A stretch of 64,000 nucleotides of DNA from Pedobacter sp. (GCA_050253415.1 JBFWJC010000004.1:32001-96000), one strand, 5' to 3'. Positions 1 to 10,169 are shown, numbered from the stretch's first letter. The notes: generated by a model not told the origin, from the letters alone. Translations and numbers: made by a program.

Positions 1-132
1 GGTCAGTTCCTGGCACATAGGCCGATATACCATAAACACAAATCCAACAATAACCAGAAGTAAAACAATGCTCAATATGAGCAACTGCTGGTAAATTTTG
101 AGATCCGCTATTTTTTCTAAACGCAGGGCCAT
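1..132 (-). CDS. pilO: Type IV pilus inner-membrane alignment protein PilO (5' part; runs off the window edge)
   Basis: Hand translation from ATG at 132 gives MALRLEKIADLKIYQQLLILSIVLLLVIVGFVFMVYRPMCQELT, a short N-terminus plus one TM helix, directly after pilN. Confidence 0.8.
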   Translation of the reverse strand, partial: MALRLEKIADLKIYQQLLILSIVLLLVIVGFVFMVYRPMCQELT

Positions 133-144
133 TGCAATATTCCC

Positions 145-705
145 TTATTTAGCATTTTGCTTAGATGGCGTTTCTGACTTACAGGCGACGGAAAACTTTT
201 GAAGTTTTAATTCTTTCTTCTTGATCTGTTGCGTTACCTTCAATTCAACGTCTTTGTAGTAAGGCGATGATTCCAGATCCTTCATAAATACTGCAACGGT
301 CTCTTCATTCAAGCCAACACCTTCAATACTTATATTTCCACCAGATTCTTTGAAAGATTCGATCCACAGTTTTTTCGGCAAAACACTTGATAATTCGTCC
401 AACAGATGTACTGGACCATTTTTTTTATTTTTCAATTCAGAAAGAACATCTAATTTGCCCTGTAACTCTTTCTGCTTGTTTTTAAAGTTCGCCACATCAC
501 CGATAGCTTTTTTCAATTGGTTGATCTCGGTTTGAGCAGCCTGTATTTCGGCTTTTTTCTTGGCAATTTGTGTCGCCTTGAAAAAATAGAGGCCAAAACA
601 CCCAACAACAACAACACCCAGAACAACAAGGGCCACTGCCATTTGAGTAAAGAACTTGGCCCTCTTCTGGGCCTCCCTAACCGGCAATAAATTAATGCGA
701 ATCAT
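145..705 (-). CDS. pilN: Type IV pilus assembly protein PilN
   Basis: Starts MIRINLLP (PilM-binding INLLP motif), then a TM helix and coiled coil; overlaps the pilM stop. Confidence 0.95.
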   Translation of the reverse strand: MIRINLLPVREAQKRAKFFTQMAVALVVLGVVVVGCFGLYFFKATQIAKKKAEIQAAQTEINQLKKAIGDVANFKNKQKELQGKLDVLSELKNKKNGPVHLLDELSSVLPKKLWIESFKESGGNISIEGVGLNEETVAVFMKDLESSPYYKDVELKVTQQIKKKELKLQKFSVACKSETPSKQNAK

Positions 706-1760
706 TTATCGCCCACCCTCCTTGTGGCCAGACCTACACCCAATGCAAAGAAGGGGCTTACGGCCTGAATATATTCCATGTCAAAATTGTTTTGATCGAC
801 AATAATCCGCCTGAAGGGGTTCAGTAATTCCACTGAAACACCGAGACGTTGCTGAAGGCTCTCCAAGCAACCGACGGTTTTAGCAACGCCTCCGGATAGA
901 TAAACTTTTTGAATTTTATCATCAGAGGATGTGGCTGAATAGAAATCAAGGGATCTCTGAATTTCCTGTGATAGATGATCCATGGTCTCCTGCAACACTG
1001 CATTAACATCGGCAACATCCACATCCGGGAGCTCACCGCCAAGCTTGGCCGTCTCAGCCTCTAGGTCTGTCAACCCCAACTGCTTCTGAATCTCGTGGTT
1101 AAAGGTATTGCCGCCGACTTGAATATCGCGCGTAAAGACCGACGTTCCATTCTTAATTATATTAATATTCATGGAAGAAGCGCCCGCGTTAACCAAAGCG
1201 ACAACATCCTCATCCTGATCGTAATTCAGTTGATATGCATTTTCCAATGCAAAACTATCGATATCCATTATCAGCGGTGTAAATCCTGATTCCTGGAAAA
1301 CCGATACATACTCGTTAACAAAATCCTTTTTTGCAGCAACAAGGATGACATCCATGTTGGTGGAATCCTGAGGATCCTGACCAAGAATTTGAAAATCAAG
1401 ATTCACTTCCGAAATCTCGAAGGGAATATATTGTTCTGCCTCCCACTCGATAGACGCTTCGGCTTCCACCTCTGTCATAACAGGTAATTTTATTTTTCTT
1501 ATAATTACCGAGTGTCCGGCTACCGCCGTAGCGACATTTTTTGTTTTGAGCCGCTGGCATTCCACCAAGTTGCTCAAACACTCAACAACCGAACTTGAAT
1601 CCATTATCGAATTATCAACAATGGATTCAGGCGGCAACTGAGCCATCCCCAAATTAACCAGATGCCATCCTGCCTTTTCCTTACGCAACTGGACAAGTTT
1701 TATGGAGTGTGACCCGATATCCACACCGACGATTTCTTTTTGTTTCCAGAAGAACATCAA
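702..1760 (-). CDS. pilM: Type IV pilus assembly protein PilM (actin/FtsA-like)
   Basis: VGVDIGSHSIK, EAEQYIPF, EIQRSLDFY and LSGG motifs; lies upstream of pilN. Confidence 0.95.
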   Translation of the reverse strand: MMFFWKQKEIVGVDIGSHSIKLVQLRKEKAGWHLVNLGMAQLPPESIVDNSIMDSSSVVECLSNLVECQRLKTKNVATAVAGHSVIIRKIKLPVMTEVEAEASIEWEAEQYIPFEISEVNLDFQILGQDPQDSTNMDVILVAAKKDFVNEYVSVFQESGFTPLIMDIDSFALENAYQLNYDQDEDVVALVNAGASSMNINIIKNGTSVFTRDIQVGGNTFNHEIQKQLGLTDLEAETAKLGGELPDVDVADVNAVLQETMDHLSQEIQRSLDFYSATSSDDKIQKVYLSGGVAKTVGCLESLQQRLGVSVELLNPFRRIIVDQNNFDMEYIQAVSPFFALGVGLATRRVGDK

Positions 1761-1832
1761 AGGACCTCAGTTCGAAGAGTTAAAATCTTCACCAACCACG
1801 GAACCATAACTAAAGCAACACATATGCCAATC

Positions 1833-2027
1833 CTAGCAAGGAAATACCTTGTCGCGCTCGGAAAGCTCAAGACCCAGTGCAAGAATAATTTTCCTCATGG
1901 TAGAGACCCGACAAGCTTCACCCCTTTCAATACGGTTTACCGTCAAAGGGGAAAGCTCGGCCTTCCTGGCCAGCTCGGCCTTGCTCATCAATAAGGATTC
2001 GCGTATTTCCTTAACATGATTCTGCAC
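1833..2027 (-). CDS. Small XRE/Cro-family helix-turn-helix protein
   Basis: 64 aa with SKAELARKAELSPLTVNRIERG, an HTH_3 pattern; first gene ahead of pilMNO. Confidence 0.8.
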   Translation of the reverse strand: MQNHVKEIRESLLMSKAELARKAELSPLTVNRIERGEACRVSTMRKIILALGLELSERDKVFPC

Positions 2028-2088
2028 AATATCACCTGAAGAGTGTGAATTGGTAAAACATTAACTACATTATCTAAAGTTGAGCTTA

Positions 2089-2116
2089 ATTATATGAAAC
2101 ATTAAAATTATGTCAA
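2089..2116 (-). promoter_or_regulatory. Sigma70-type promoter for XRE-pilMNO
   Basis: Minus strand reads TTGACA-N16-TATAAT with both hexamers at consensus, about 60 nt upstream of the XRE start. Confidence 0.75.
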
Positions 2117-2493
2117 CAAAAGAAATCCGCAAGACCTTTTAGAATTCAAGCACTTGGAGAATTCACACAAGATCGTGTGGATACCAGCTTAGAATCCCAC
2201 AACATTTTGCGAATCAGGAAAGGCATTATATTTTCCAAAACGGGGTTAAGCAAAACAACAAACATATTCAAGGTCTAGTTTTTATCAAAAAACAATTTTC
2301 TCATAGCAATACGTCGATCAAGTGGAATGCCTTGTTCGCATCCTATCCAAAAAAGTTTTTTTTACTGTTCTGACAAGCTCAATCCGCAGGTTACTAAATG
2401 AAATGTATCGATATTCGCCCTGCATGACCCTCATTGAATTGGTGGGGATTTTTACTTTTCCAAGACCAGCAAAAATAACCCAATAAGTGGAAC

Positions 2494-3267
2494 TTATCTA
2501 AAAAAAGACAGGTACCAGGATATAAGATCGCCCCCCCACAACAGGTAAATAATCGCCCCCATGGACAAAAATGGGCCAAAGGGGATGGCCAATTTACCAC
2601 TCGCCCGCTTGATAAGCATGAGCGGGACACCGACCAGAGAGCCGATAAGCGAACCAAGAAAAATCGTTGGCAGGATCGCTTTCCACCCCATAAAAGCACC
2701 CAGCATCGCCAGCAATTTAATATCCCCCATCCCCATACCTTCATTCCGGGTCAACAGATAATAAATACCAGCCACACATGCCAGACTCCCCCCCCCGACC
2801 AATATACCTAAAAGAGAATCTCTCCAGGAAAGTCCTGCCACAAAAAAAGTCAGGATAAAACCTATTGGAATTCCAGGCAGACTGATAACATCGGGGATGA
2901 TTTGGTGATCGAAGTCAATAAAGGATATAACTACAAGAGATCCAACCAGAACCCAATAGACAGGCGTGGACCAAGTTAACCCAAATCGCAGAAAAATCAG
3001 CAGGAAGAACCAACCAGCAAGAGCCTCAACCAAAGGATATCGGATGGAAATCTTAACACTACACGACGCACATCGGCCACGCAGCAATAAATAACTAAGA
3101 ATTGGGATATTGAAATACCATGGGATCGACGTCCCGCAAGATGGGCACCTTGATCCAGGCTTAATAATAGATCCACCTTTAGGAATTCTAAAAATACATA
3201 CGTTTAAAAACGATCCAATAATAGCACCAAAAATAAAAACAAAAATATCTAAAAATAAATTTTCCAT
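2494..3267 (-). CDS. pilD: Prepilin peptidase / N-methyltransferase (A24)
   Basis: GSFLNVCIFRIP, two CxxC motifs (CPSC, CASC), FIDFDHQIIPD, GMGMGDIKL and IPFGPFL. ATG at 3267 follows GGAG; the ORF track uses TTG at 3279. Confidence 0.95.
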   Translation of the reverse strand: MENLFLDIFVFIFGAIIGSFLNVCIFRIPKGGSIIKPGSRCPSCGTSIPWYFNIPILSYLLLRGRCASCSVKISIRYPLVEALAGWFFLLIFLRFGLTWSTPVYWVLVGSLVVISFIDFDHQIIPDVISLPGIPIGFILTFFVAGLSWRDSLLGILVGGGSLACVAGIYYLLTRNEGMGMGDIKLLAMLGAFMGWKAILPTIFLGSLIGSLVGVPLMLIKRASGKLAIPFGPFLSMGAIIYLLWGGDLISWYLSFFR

Positions 3268-3357
3268 TATACGCTCCAAACAAGAATAAGCAAATTACTT
3301 CAAATACCATTACAGGAAAACTTTATCCAATGGAATGAAGTTAAATAATTACGCACA

Positions 3358-4629
3358 TCAACAGGCTCCATATCTTGTTAAAACTGTTCTTATTGTTTTA
3401 CTAACAATCCAAAAATCAAGCCATAATGAAAAGTATTTAGTGTAGTATAGGTCGTGCTCAAGCTTATCCCTGTTTTGATCAACACCAGAGGCATAACCAT
3501 ACATAACCTGAGCCCAACCAGTTAAGCCAGGTTTCACTAAATGCCTATAGGCATAAAAGGGGATTTGACTTTCAAACTGTTTTGCAAAGTGAACCTGCTC
3601 GGGACGAGGCCCCACAAGAGACATATCCCCTTTTAGAACATTCCATAACTGAGGAATTTCATCGAAACGAAAGGGCCGAATAATCTTTCCGATACGCGTT
3701 ATGCGGGAATCATCAGACTGTGCAAAGCGCGCTCCCCTTCCTTCTGCATCTGTACACATACTCCGGAATTTACACATCCGAAAAGAAACGCCTTGTTTCC
3801 CCACCCTTTCCTGCCAGAAAAAAATCGGTCCATGAGAATCCAATCGAATCAACAATGCGAGAAGGCCTGCGAAAGGAAGAATAACCGGACAGAAAAACAC
3901 TACAATTCCCACATCGATAATGCGCTTGAATGTAGAATAAAAGGGGTGCATAGAATATTCATCGATTAAAGCTTCTGACAAATGTGACAAAGAAACCCGA
4001 CCAGTCGCTGCTTCTAAAACAACTGCTGAGTGATAAACAGGAATCCTCCTCAATCCACAATTTGACAAAAAACGAATCCATTCCATAGACAGACTTCCAT
4101 GCATATCCACAACAACACCATCAACAGCTCCAGTGATCTCAGGGCGTTCAAGCATCTGCCAATTTATATTCTTTAGATGCAACAACTCACCGGTTTTCCC
4201 TCCAGGCACCAGCACAAGACGGAGGGGCTGGGACTTAATAAATAATTCAAAACATATAAGTAACCATAAAAGGGTTACTCCAAAAGCCGTCAATAAAAAA
4301 CTTCTGGAATAATAAAAGCGGCATAAAGCAAGCAGGACGACGACGCCAACAAAAGCCAAACTGACGCTTAAAAAAATCAATCCAATAATTTTAGTTCTTG
4401 GGAATCGCAGAAACTGCCGCATTATCATAATAGAAGCAAGGTAAGCCAGCGAACAGAAAAACAATAAAGGCCAAGCATTGACCTGCTTCCAGAATTCGAA
4501 TCCACTCCACGCTACTAAGGACGCAGTAACAAGAAGAACAACAAGTCCGGTGACAAGAAAAAGTCTACCTTTAAAATCCTGAATGGAGCGCAGATCTTTT
4601 TTGGTAAGTGATAACTGTGCTGGTTGCAT
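3358..4629 (-). CDS. Initiating polyprenyl-phosphate glycosylphosphotransferase (WbaP/WcaJ-type)
   Basis: Four N-terminal TM helices; C-terminal KRIID, KFRSM, RFDEIPQLWNVLKGDMSLVGPRPE and KPGLTGWAQV motifs. Confidence 0.9.
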   Translation of the reverse strand: MQPAQLSLTKKDLRSIQDFKGRLFLVTGLVVLLVTASLVAWSGFEFWKQVNAWPLLFFCSLAYLASIMIMRQFLRFPRTKIIGLIFLSVSLAFVGVVVLLALCRFYYSRSFLLTAFGVTLLWLLICFELFIKSQPLRLVLVPGGKTGELLHLKNINWQMLERPEITGAVDGVVVDMHGSLSMEWIRFLSNCGLRRIPVYHSAVVLEAATGRVSLSHLSEALIDEYSMHPFYSTFKRIIDVGIVVFFCPVILPFAGLLALLIRLDSHGPIFFWQERVGKQGVSFRMCKFRSMCTDAEGRGARFAQSDDSRITRIGKIIRPFRFDEIPQLWNVLKGDMSLVGPRPEQVHFAKQFESQIPFYAYRHLVKPGLTGWAQVMYGYASGVDQNRDKLEHDLYYTKYFSLWLDFWIVSKTIRTVLTRYGAC

Positions 4630-4662
4630 ACCCCCCCTAATAGACCTTTTAAAAACATGACA

Positions 4663-5490
4663 CTATGGATTCAACTTGTTCCGAAGAGAACTTGAGTATA
4701 AACATTTGACTACCCAAGAAGGTGAAAGTCTCAACAAAAGACGTGCAAGTGGAAATATGTATTTATAGCTAAGGCCATGTAGTTCATAAATTCCCCTAAA
4801 ATATATCTTCAATTCACTTAAAGCTCGATTTTTTCTACGTCTTTGATAAAAGTCATTATCAACCCTCATGTACACAAGAGGCTCAGTAATATTTGAAAAA
4901 ATGACGCCGTTTTTAATTCCTTGAAACCAAAGAGCCAAGTCCTGATTGTAGGTAGCCCATTCAGGATACATTTTTATTTTTTTAAAAAAACTTTTGCGAA
5001 AACAAATAGTAGAGTGTGCGAGAGGATTTCCCTTGTGAATAGTCTTTTTTATCAAGTCCATATTTAGAGGATAATTTCTCTGATAAACCTTCCTCCCGAT
5101 ACAATCAATTTCAATTATTCCTCCACCCAACACTTCAACCTCAGGATGTTGATGAAGAAAAATAACCTGTTTTTCAAATCTGTCTGGGACGCAGTAATCA
5201 TCAGCATCCAAACGGAAAATATATTCTTCATTTTCTAAATTTTTTATTAATTTATTCAAGGTTTTGGTCAAACCAAGGTTTTGGCTATTCCGGCAAATTT
5301 TATAAAAAACACCTTCATGATGGGCTATGTAATCTTCCAATTCGTCCCCAATAGGACCATCCACCCCCAGATAAATGCGGATGTTTTTAAAGCCAACAGT
5401 TTGTGCAACAATCGAATCAATCGATTGTTGGAACCACTTGCTCTTATCTCCCCTATATAGACATATCAGTACTGCGAATATCAATTCCAT
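4663..5490 (-). CDS. Family 2 glycosyltransferase (AmsE/WbbD-like)
   Basis: GVDGP, NLGL, FRLDADD (DxD), RFEKQ and QDLALW motifs. Confidence 0.88.
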   Translation of the reverse strand: MELIFAVLICLYRGDKSKWFQQSIDSIVAQTVGFKNIRIYLGVDGPIGDELEDYIAHHEGVFYKICRNSQNLGLTKTLNKLIKNLENEEYIFRLDADDYCVPDRFEKQVIFLHQHPEVEVLGGGIIEIDCIGRKVYQRNYPLNMDLIKKTIHKGNPLAHSTICFRKSFFKKIKMYPEWATYNQDLALWFQGIKNGVIFSNITEPLVYMRVDNDFYQRRRKNRALSELKIYFRGIYELHGLSYKYIFPLARLLLRLSPSWVVKCLYSSSLRNKLNP

Positions 5491-5509
5491 GATAAATAAG
5501 TTATAAACC

Positions 5510-6913
5510 TCACCGATTAGTAGGATTGAAGCGCGTTCGAATTATCCGTAGACTATTCGCTAATGCTTTTAGTACAAACCTCCTGGGTCCCATGCGTTTT
5601 ATGTGACCGATCAAGATGCGAGGTTGTAGATTAAATCTGAGTTCAAGACTTTGTTTCAGATGAAGTTTTTCAGGATAACTCAAACATTCACTATGAGGCA
5701 GGATCAATGAACGCCACCGACGAAAAACTAATTGCGGATTTTCATCTAGATAATCATATAGTTCTGAACCAGGTAACCCAATAAAGGCCGCAAAATAAAC
5801 CCAATCCGGCTTAAGGGAAAAAACCAGATCTAAAGTCTTATTAAGCTCATCGCGCGTTTCTCCGGGTATTCCCAACATAACAGAGAAGCCCACTTTAACC
5901 CCAACCTGTTTACAAATACGCGTTGCTTCCTTTACCTGATCAACTGTAATGCCCTTTTTCAATCGTTTTAATACTTCGTCGGACCCCGACTCGATTCCAA
6001 ACCACATAGAGCGTAATCCAGCTTGATACATGGTTTGCACAAACTCAACAGAAAGGTTATTTACCCTTGATTCACAACCCCATTCAAAATCCAACTCATT
6101 TTCTCGAACCAGGTTACAGAAGCCTCGAACGCGTTCTTCATCCAAGGTAAAATGGTCTTCCCTAAAGTATATGGCGGTCGCATCCGTGCCCTTCAGGGCA
6201 TTCTTAACGTGCTCCAGCATGCATTGTGGACTCATAGCCCGATACTGGCGGGACCATACGTACTTATTGGAACAAAAGGTACAATGAAACGGGCACCCAC
6301 GTGAGGTGTTCAACACTTCCACTTTGCCAGCGGAGAATTCAGCATAACTGCGGTCGTATCGGCTAAGGTCGACAATGTCATAAGGAACCAATGGAATGGA
6401 ATCCATTTCAATCCATGGTCTTACCTCATTTGTGATATAAGCACTTTGCTTTTCATCCCAAAACGTAAGCCCCCGTACCCGGTGGTACTGTTGCCTCCCA
6501 AACAACTCTTGTAAAAATTCAACGGCAGTCTCTTCCCCTTCTCCCTGAACAGCAAATGAACAAGGCAAGTCATCCAATATACCTTTAAGATTTGCCGTAA
6601 CCTCCGGGCCACCGACAAAAACTGGCACGTGGCTATACATTAACGCATGGCAAATATCAGCGGCAGCCTGAACAGTAGCCAAATTTACTGTAATACCAAC
6701 AGCATCGGCCTGTTCCAAATGAATCTGAGAGGCAACCCAGTCGGCCCCCTGACCTTCCAGGTTATCATCTATAATTGTTACGGAATACCCCGCCTGTCGA
6801 AGACAGCCAGCAATCACCAGAAGACCCAGAGGAATAGTTGGTTTCATACGCCCTAAGGGAAAGTCAGCGGGAACATCCGGGCGAATCAGAACAATTTTTT
6901 TATTAACTCTCAC
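5510..6913 (-). CDS. Cobalamin-binding radical SAM enzyme (class B methyltransferase-like)
   Basis: N-terminal B12-binding domain (IPLGLLVIAGCL, VFVGGPEVT, QGEGEET), TSRGCPFHCTFC (CxxxCxxC), FGIESGS and MLGIPGET. Probable GTG start at 6913; the upstream extension in the ORF track overlaps the neighbouring gene. Confidence 0.88.
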   Translation of the reverse strand: MRVNKKIVLIRPDVPADFPLGRMKPTIPLGLLVIAGCLRQAGYSVTIIDDNLEGQGADWVASQIHLEQADAVGITVNLATVQAAADICHALMYSHVPVFVGGPEVTANLKGILDDLPCSFAVQGEGEETAVEFLQELFGRQQYHRVRGLTFWDEKQSAYITNEVRPWIEMDSIPLVPYDIVDLSRYDRSYAEFSAGKVEVLNTSRGCPFHCTFCSNKYVWSRQYRAMSPQCMLEHVKNALKGTDATAIYFREDHFTLDEERVRGFCNLVRENELDFEWGCESRVNNLSVEFVQTMYQAGLRSMWFGIESGSDEVLKRLKKGITVDQVKEATRICKQVGVKVGFSVMLGIPGETRDELNKTLDLVFSLKPDWVYFAAFIGLPGSELYDYLDENPQLVFRRWRSLILPHSECLSYPEKLHLKQSLELRFNLQPRILIGHIKRMGPRRFVLKALANSLRIIRTRFNPTNR

Positions 6914-8039
6914 GGTTCCCATCCAACAGACTGGAATACAGAGTCTGATAGGCCAGAGACATTTTCCTGGCGCAGAAATATTGATCGACAAGAGCAACTG
7001 CAGCTTCGGACCGGTGTTTACGTTCAAACTTCACCAGCCGTTCCAAGCAGCCTACGAGTCCTACTTCATCGCCGACAGGAAACAATTCCCCGACCAAAGG
7101 TGAAGGCTGAACTTGTTCCCGATGGGACGGAATATCAGAGAGTGCGACCGGCAGACCACATGCCATGGCTTCCATAACGGCATTCGGCAAGCCTTCGGAA
7201 TGGGCCGCAGACACAAAATAATCAGCACCCTGTAAATACGGCCTGACATCCCCGACATGTCCCAGCAGGTGCACCCGTTCTTGTGCCAGAGCTTCCTTCT
7301 GACAGGCAGCGAATAGGGGACCATCGCCAAGAACAAACAAATGGTCTGTTGTAACGCTAGAGAACTTCCGAAACGCGCGGATAAGGGTTAAAGGGTCTTT
7401 ACGTGGCATCAAGGAACCTGAGGTTACGAAAACCCTCTTGCCTTGGCCAATTCCCCATTCGCTCCTTATCTGATGGCGCCGCGCTTGGGATGAGAGACAG
7501 AAAAACTCCGTATCTATACCATTCTGGATGACATGAACATTAAAATTTGAAGGGCCGAACAAACCAGCGATAGAATGAGAACATGGAACGACGGCATTAA
7601 ATTTGGGAAGAACAGTGCTATGTTTCAAAGCCATCCAACAGCCCAATAGCCTGCCAAATTTCATAGGATAGTCATGAAAAGGAAAATTGCGTAGAGTCGC
7701 CACGGTTGGTATGTCGCCTACCATTCCCCCGGTCAAAATATCAGGCCGAAACCCACTAGAGTGCAACAAATCGGGCTCTATACGGCTCAACACTTGGCGC
7801 AAACGCTGCGCCCCCAAGAGAATACATGCACCACGAGAGAGTCCAAGGGACTCAATCTCGACCCCCAAACCCGCTATCTCCGATTGCGCAGTATCAAGAG
7901 CTTCAGGCGATAGTGTCAAGACGAAAGGCTCATATTTTTGACGATCCAGGCCCTTAATGATATACCGCAGCTGATTAATTGGCCCACACGACTTGAGTGT
8001 TGAACAGAGATAGAGTATCCTTTTCGCTCTTTTAGACAC
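6903..8039 (-). CDS. Family 4 glycosyltransferase
   Basis: IQNGIDT, RKDP, GDGP and SEGLPNAVMEAMACGLPVALSDIP (EX7E). Probable GTG start at 8039 after GAGG. Confidence 0.9.
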   Translation of the reverse strand: MSKRAKRILYLCSTLKSCGPINQLRYIIKGLDRQKYEPFVLTLSPEALDTAQSEIAGLGVEIESLGLSRGACILLGAQRLRQVLSRIEPDLLHSSGFRPDILTGGMVGDIPTVATLRNFPFHDYPMKFGRLLGCWMALKHSTVLPKFNAVVPCSHSIAGLFGPSNFNVHVIQNGIDTEFFCLSSQARRHQIRSEWGIGQGKRVFVTSGSLMPRKDPLTLIRAFRKFSSVTTDHLFVLGDGPLFAACQKEALAQERVHLLGHVGDVRPYLQGADYFVSAAHSEGLPNAVMEAMACGLPVALSDIPSHREQVQPSPLVGELFPVGDEVGLVGCLERLVKFERKHRSEAAVALVDQYFCARKMSLAYQTLYSSLLDGNRES

Positions 8040-9141
8040 TAAGCACCTCAAGATACTGCTCCACTGCTTTTTCGCAAGAAAACTCCAGACCCCGATCAAT
8101 TAGAACCTGCCTTGGCAGGGGGGTGTCCAATGCCTTTGCAATTGCCTGCGCCATCAACTCCGGGTCACCAACGGGAACAAGATGTCCAAACCTGCCACCA
8201 TCCAAAATCTCTGAAGGGCCACCAGGACAAAGGGTGGCCACCACTTGTGTGCCTGCTGCCAAGGCCTCAACTATTACATTTCCAAAACCTTCCCAAGCTG
8301 AGGAAGACACAAACACCGATGCATTGGCCATATAAGGCAAGGGATTGATTAAAAAGCCAGGCATCTGAACGTCTTCCTCCAAGCCTAAAGAATGAATCAA
8401 TTTTTCGAGATCATGGCGCTTATCCCCTTCTCCAAGGATCATTAATCGTGCATTACATCGACTTTTCAGTATCCTGAATGCTCGAATCAAAGTTGGGAAA
8501 TCTTTCTGTTCGGCTAACCTTCCAACACTTAAAATAATAGGGATGTTCTTATCATGAAACCATTCATGTGATACCGTCTCTAGATATTGATCAGTCATTT
8601 TTTGAGTTACAACTGGATTATAAATGACATGAAGACGTTGCGTTGGGATAGTGCCAAGAGACAAAAGATCTTTGGCTACCCCATTTGATATCGCTATCAC
8701 ACTGTCTGCAAACGGATAAAGCCTGCCGATAAGGTATGGCGTCAAATACCGCTTCAGGCAAGGATAATGCCTCACACTTTTCCACAAGGCGTTAGCTTCC
8801 CGAACAACGAGACGCATTTCCACCCCGGACAACTTTCTTGCCGTAAGTGCAATCAGATTAGTCTGGTTCAGAGTCGAAAATAAAATCTCTGGCTGCTCCT
8901 TTTTAAGATACCGAACAAGCCCTGGGAGGCTTTTCAAAACACGGCTTACCCCAAGATCGACCACTCTCACACCATCAGGCACTTGGCTTAGATAGGGACC
9001 AACAGCCTTGGTAAGCACCAAATCGATCTGCAGTCCCCTATCAATAAAACCTTGCGCCAAATGGAGCATCATTTTCTCTGCCCCACCACCTCTAAGGGCT
9101 GGCAGAAACATAGCAAGTTTATGAGTTTGTTTAACAGCCAC
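8032..9141 (-). CDS. Family 4 glycosyltransferase (PglJ/WabH-like)
   Basis: GGGAEK, IYNPV, VGRLAEQKDF and EGFGNVIVEALAAG motifs. Confidence 0.92.
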   Translation of the reverse strand: MAVKQTHKLAMFLPALRGGGAEKMMLHLAQGFIDRGLQIDLVLTKAVGPYLSQVPDGVRVVDLGVSRVLKSLPGLVRYLKKEQPEILFSTLNQTNLIALTARKLSGVEMRLVVREANALWKSVRHYPCLKRYLTPYLIGRLYPFADSVIAISNGVAKDLLSLGTIPTQRLHVIYNPVVTQKMTDQYLETVSHEWFHDKNIPIILSVGRLAEQKDFPTLIRAFRILKSRCNARLMILGEGDKRHDLEKLIHSLGLEEDVQMPGFLINPLPYMANASVFVSSSAWEGFGNVIVEALAAGTQVVATLCPGGPSEILDGGRFGHLVPVGDPELMAQAIAKALDTPLPRQVLIDRGLEFSCEKAVEQYLEVLSV

Positions 9142-9197
9142 TAAATATCCTCAGAATCCTAGGTACAAGTACATAGCTCAATCTTAAGTAAGAGGGT

Positions 9198-10169
9198 TTA
9201 GTTTAAAAACAGATCCTTCATGGCACTTTTCCAGCCGCTAAAGAACCGATACCCACCACGACTGAACAAGGAAAGAACAGGCCAGAAGCGCATCAATCTT
9301 CGAATTGCCAATATTTCAGCACGAGAAGCTGCACTCTCCCTTCGCTGCCCTTCTTCTTTAATCACTCTATCAATGTGCTCAGGCGAAGTAAAATTACGCT
9401 CAATGAGGGCAGTACGATTTGCCTGCAACCATCCGTAGAATTGAGAAATTTGCCCAATATGAAGAGCTGTTTTATGTTTAACTCGTTCGGAGTGGAAATA
9501 CCTAGATGTGGTTATAAAATCAACATTCAAGCTTCCTGTTGTCGTTACATTAGAAGAATGACGACGATACTTTGATAGCACTTCACAAATGATGCGCTTT
9601 TTACCAATAGCCCCAGCACAGCAGTGAAGCCAGAAATCATGCGCTACATTACATTCACTTGGTATTGGAAGACATAATTGCAGAAAAGGGCGCCGAATAG
9701 CTGTCGCCATACCAACTACGTAGCAACGCTCTAAGTCAAAAACCTTGTGCATCCGTTCAATTTTCGTTTGACCAATCGGCGTCAAGTCGCCTCTACAATA
9801 TTCAAGATCATGAATTAAAAGTTGAATTTCTGGATCATCAGCAAAAAAGGATACAACCCTCTTAATTTTGTTTGATAACCAAACATCGTCCTGGTCACTT
9901 AGAAAAATAATATCACCGGTACAATACTGAAGTGCCTTCGAAAAATTCTGCGCATAACCAATTTTAATTTTATTTACAAAAATTTTAATTTCAAATTGAG
10001 CAATATCTGCGAACTTTCTTACAATATCAACGGTTGAATCTGTAGAGCAATCATCGCAAATAATCAGTTCGTCTGGCTGTTGTGTTTGCTCTATAAAGCT
10101 GCACAATTGTTCGCGAATATACTTTTCACCATTGAATGTTGCAAGCGCTATTGATATACGTTTTTGCAT
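9198..10169 (-). CDS. Family 2 glycosyltransferase (rhamnosyltransferase-like)
   Basis: IALATFNGEKYI, DDCSTD, LSDQDDVW, HDFW and YRRHSSN motifs. Confidence 0.9.
   Translation of the reverse strand: MQKRISIALATFNGEKYIREQLCSFIEQTQQPDELIICDDCSTDSTVDIVRKFADIAQFEIKIFVNKIKIGYAQNFSKALQYCTGDIIFLSDQDDVWLSNKIKRVVSFFADDPEIQLLIHDLEYCRGDLTPIGQTKIERMHKVFDLERCYVVGMATAIRRPFLQLCLPIPSECNVAHDFWLHCCAGAIGKKRIICEVLSKYRRHSSNVTTTGSLNVDFITTSRYFHSERVKHKTALHIGQISQFYGWLQANRTALIERNFTSPEHIDRVIKEEGQRRESAASRAEILAIRRLMRFWPVLSLFSRGGYRFFSGWKSAMKDLFLN

Noticed and set aside
2028..2493. GEMM-I cyclic-dinucleotide riboswitch upstream of pilM
   Set aside because: No GGCAAAC/GNRA/GCAAA pattern found by eye, and the leader after the promoter is only about 55 nt; an Rfam scan would be decisive.
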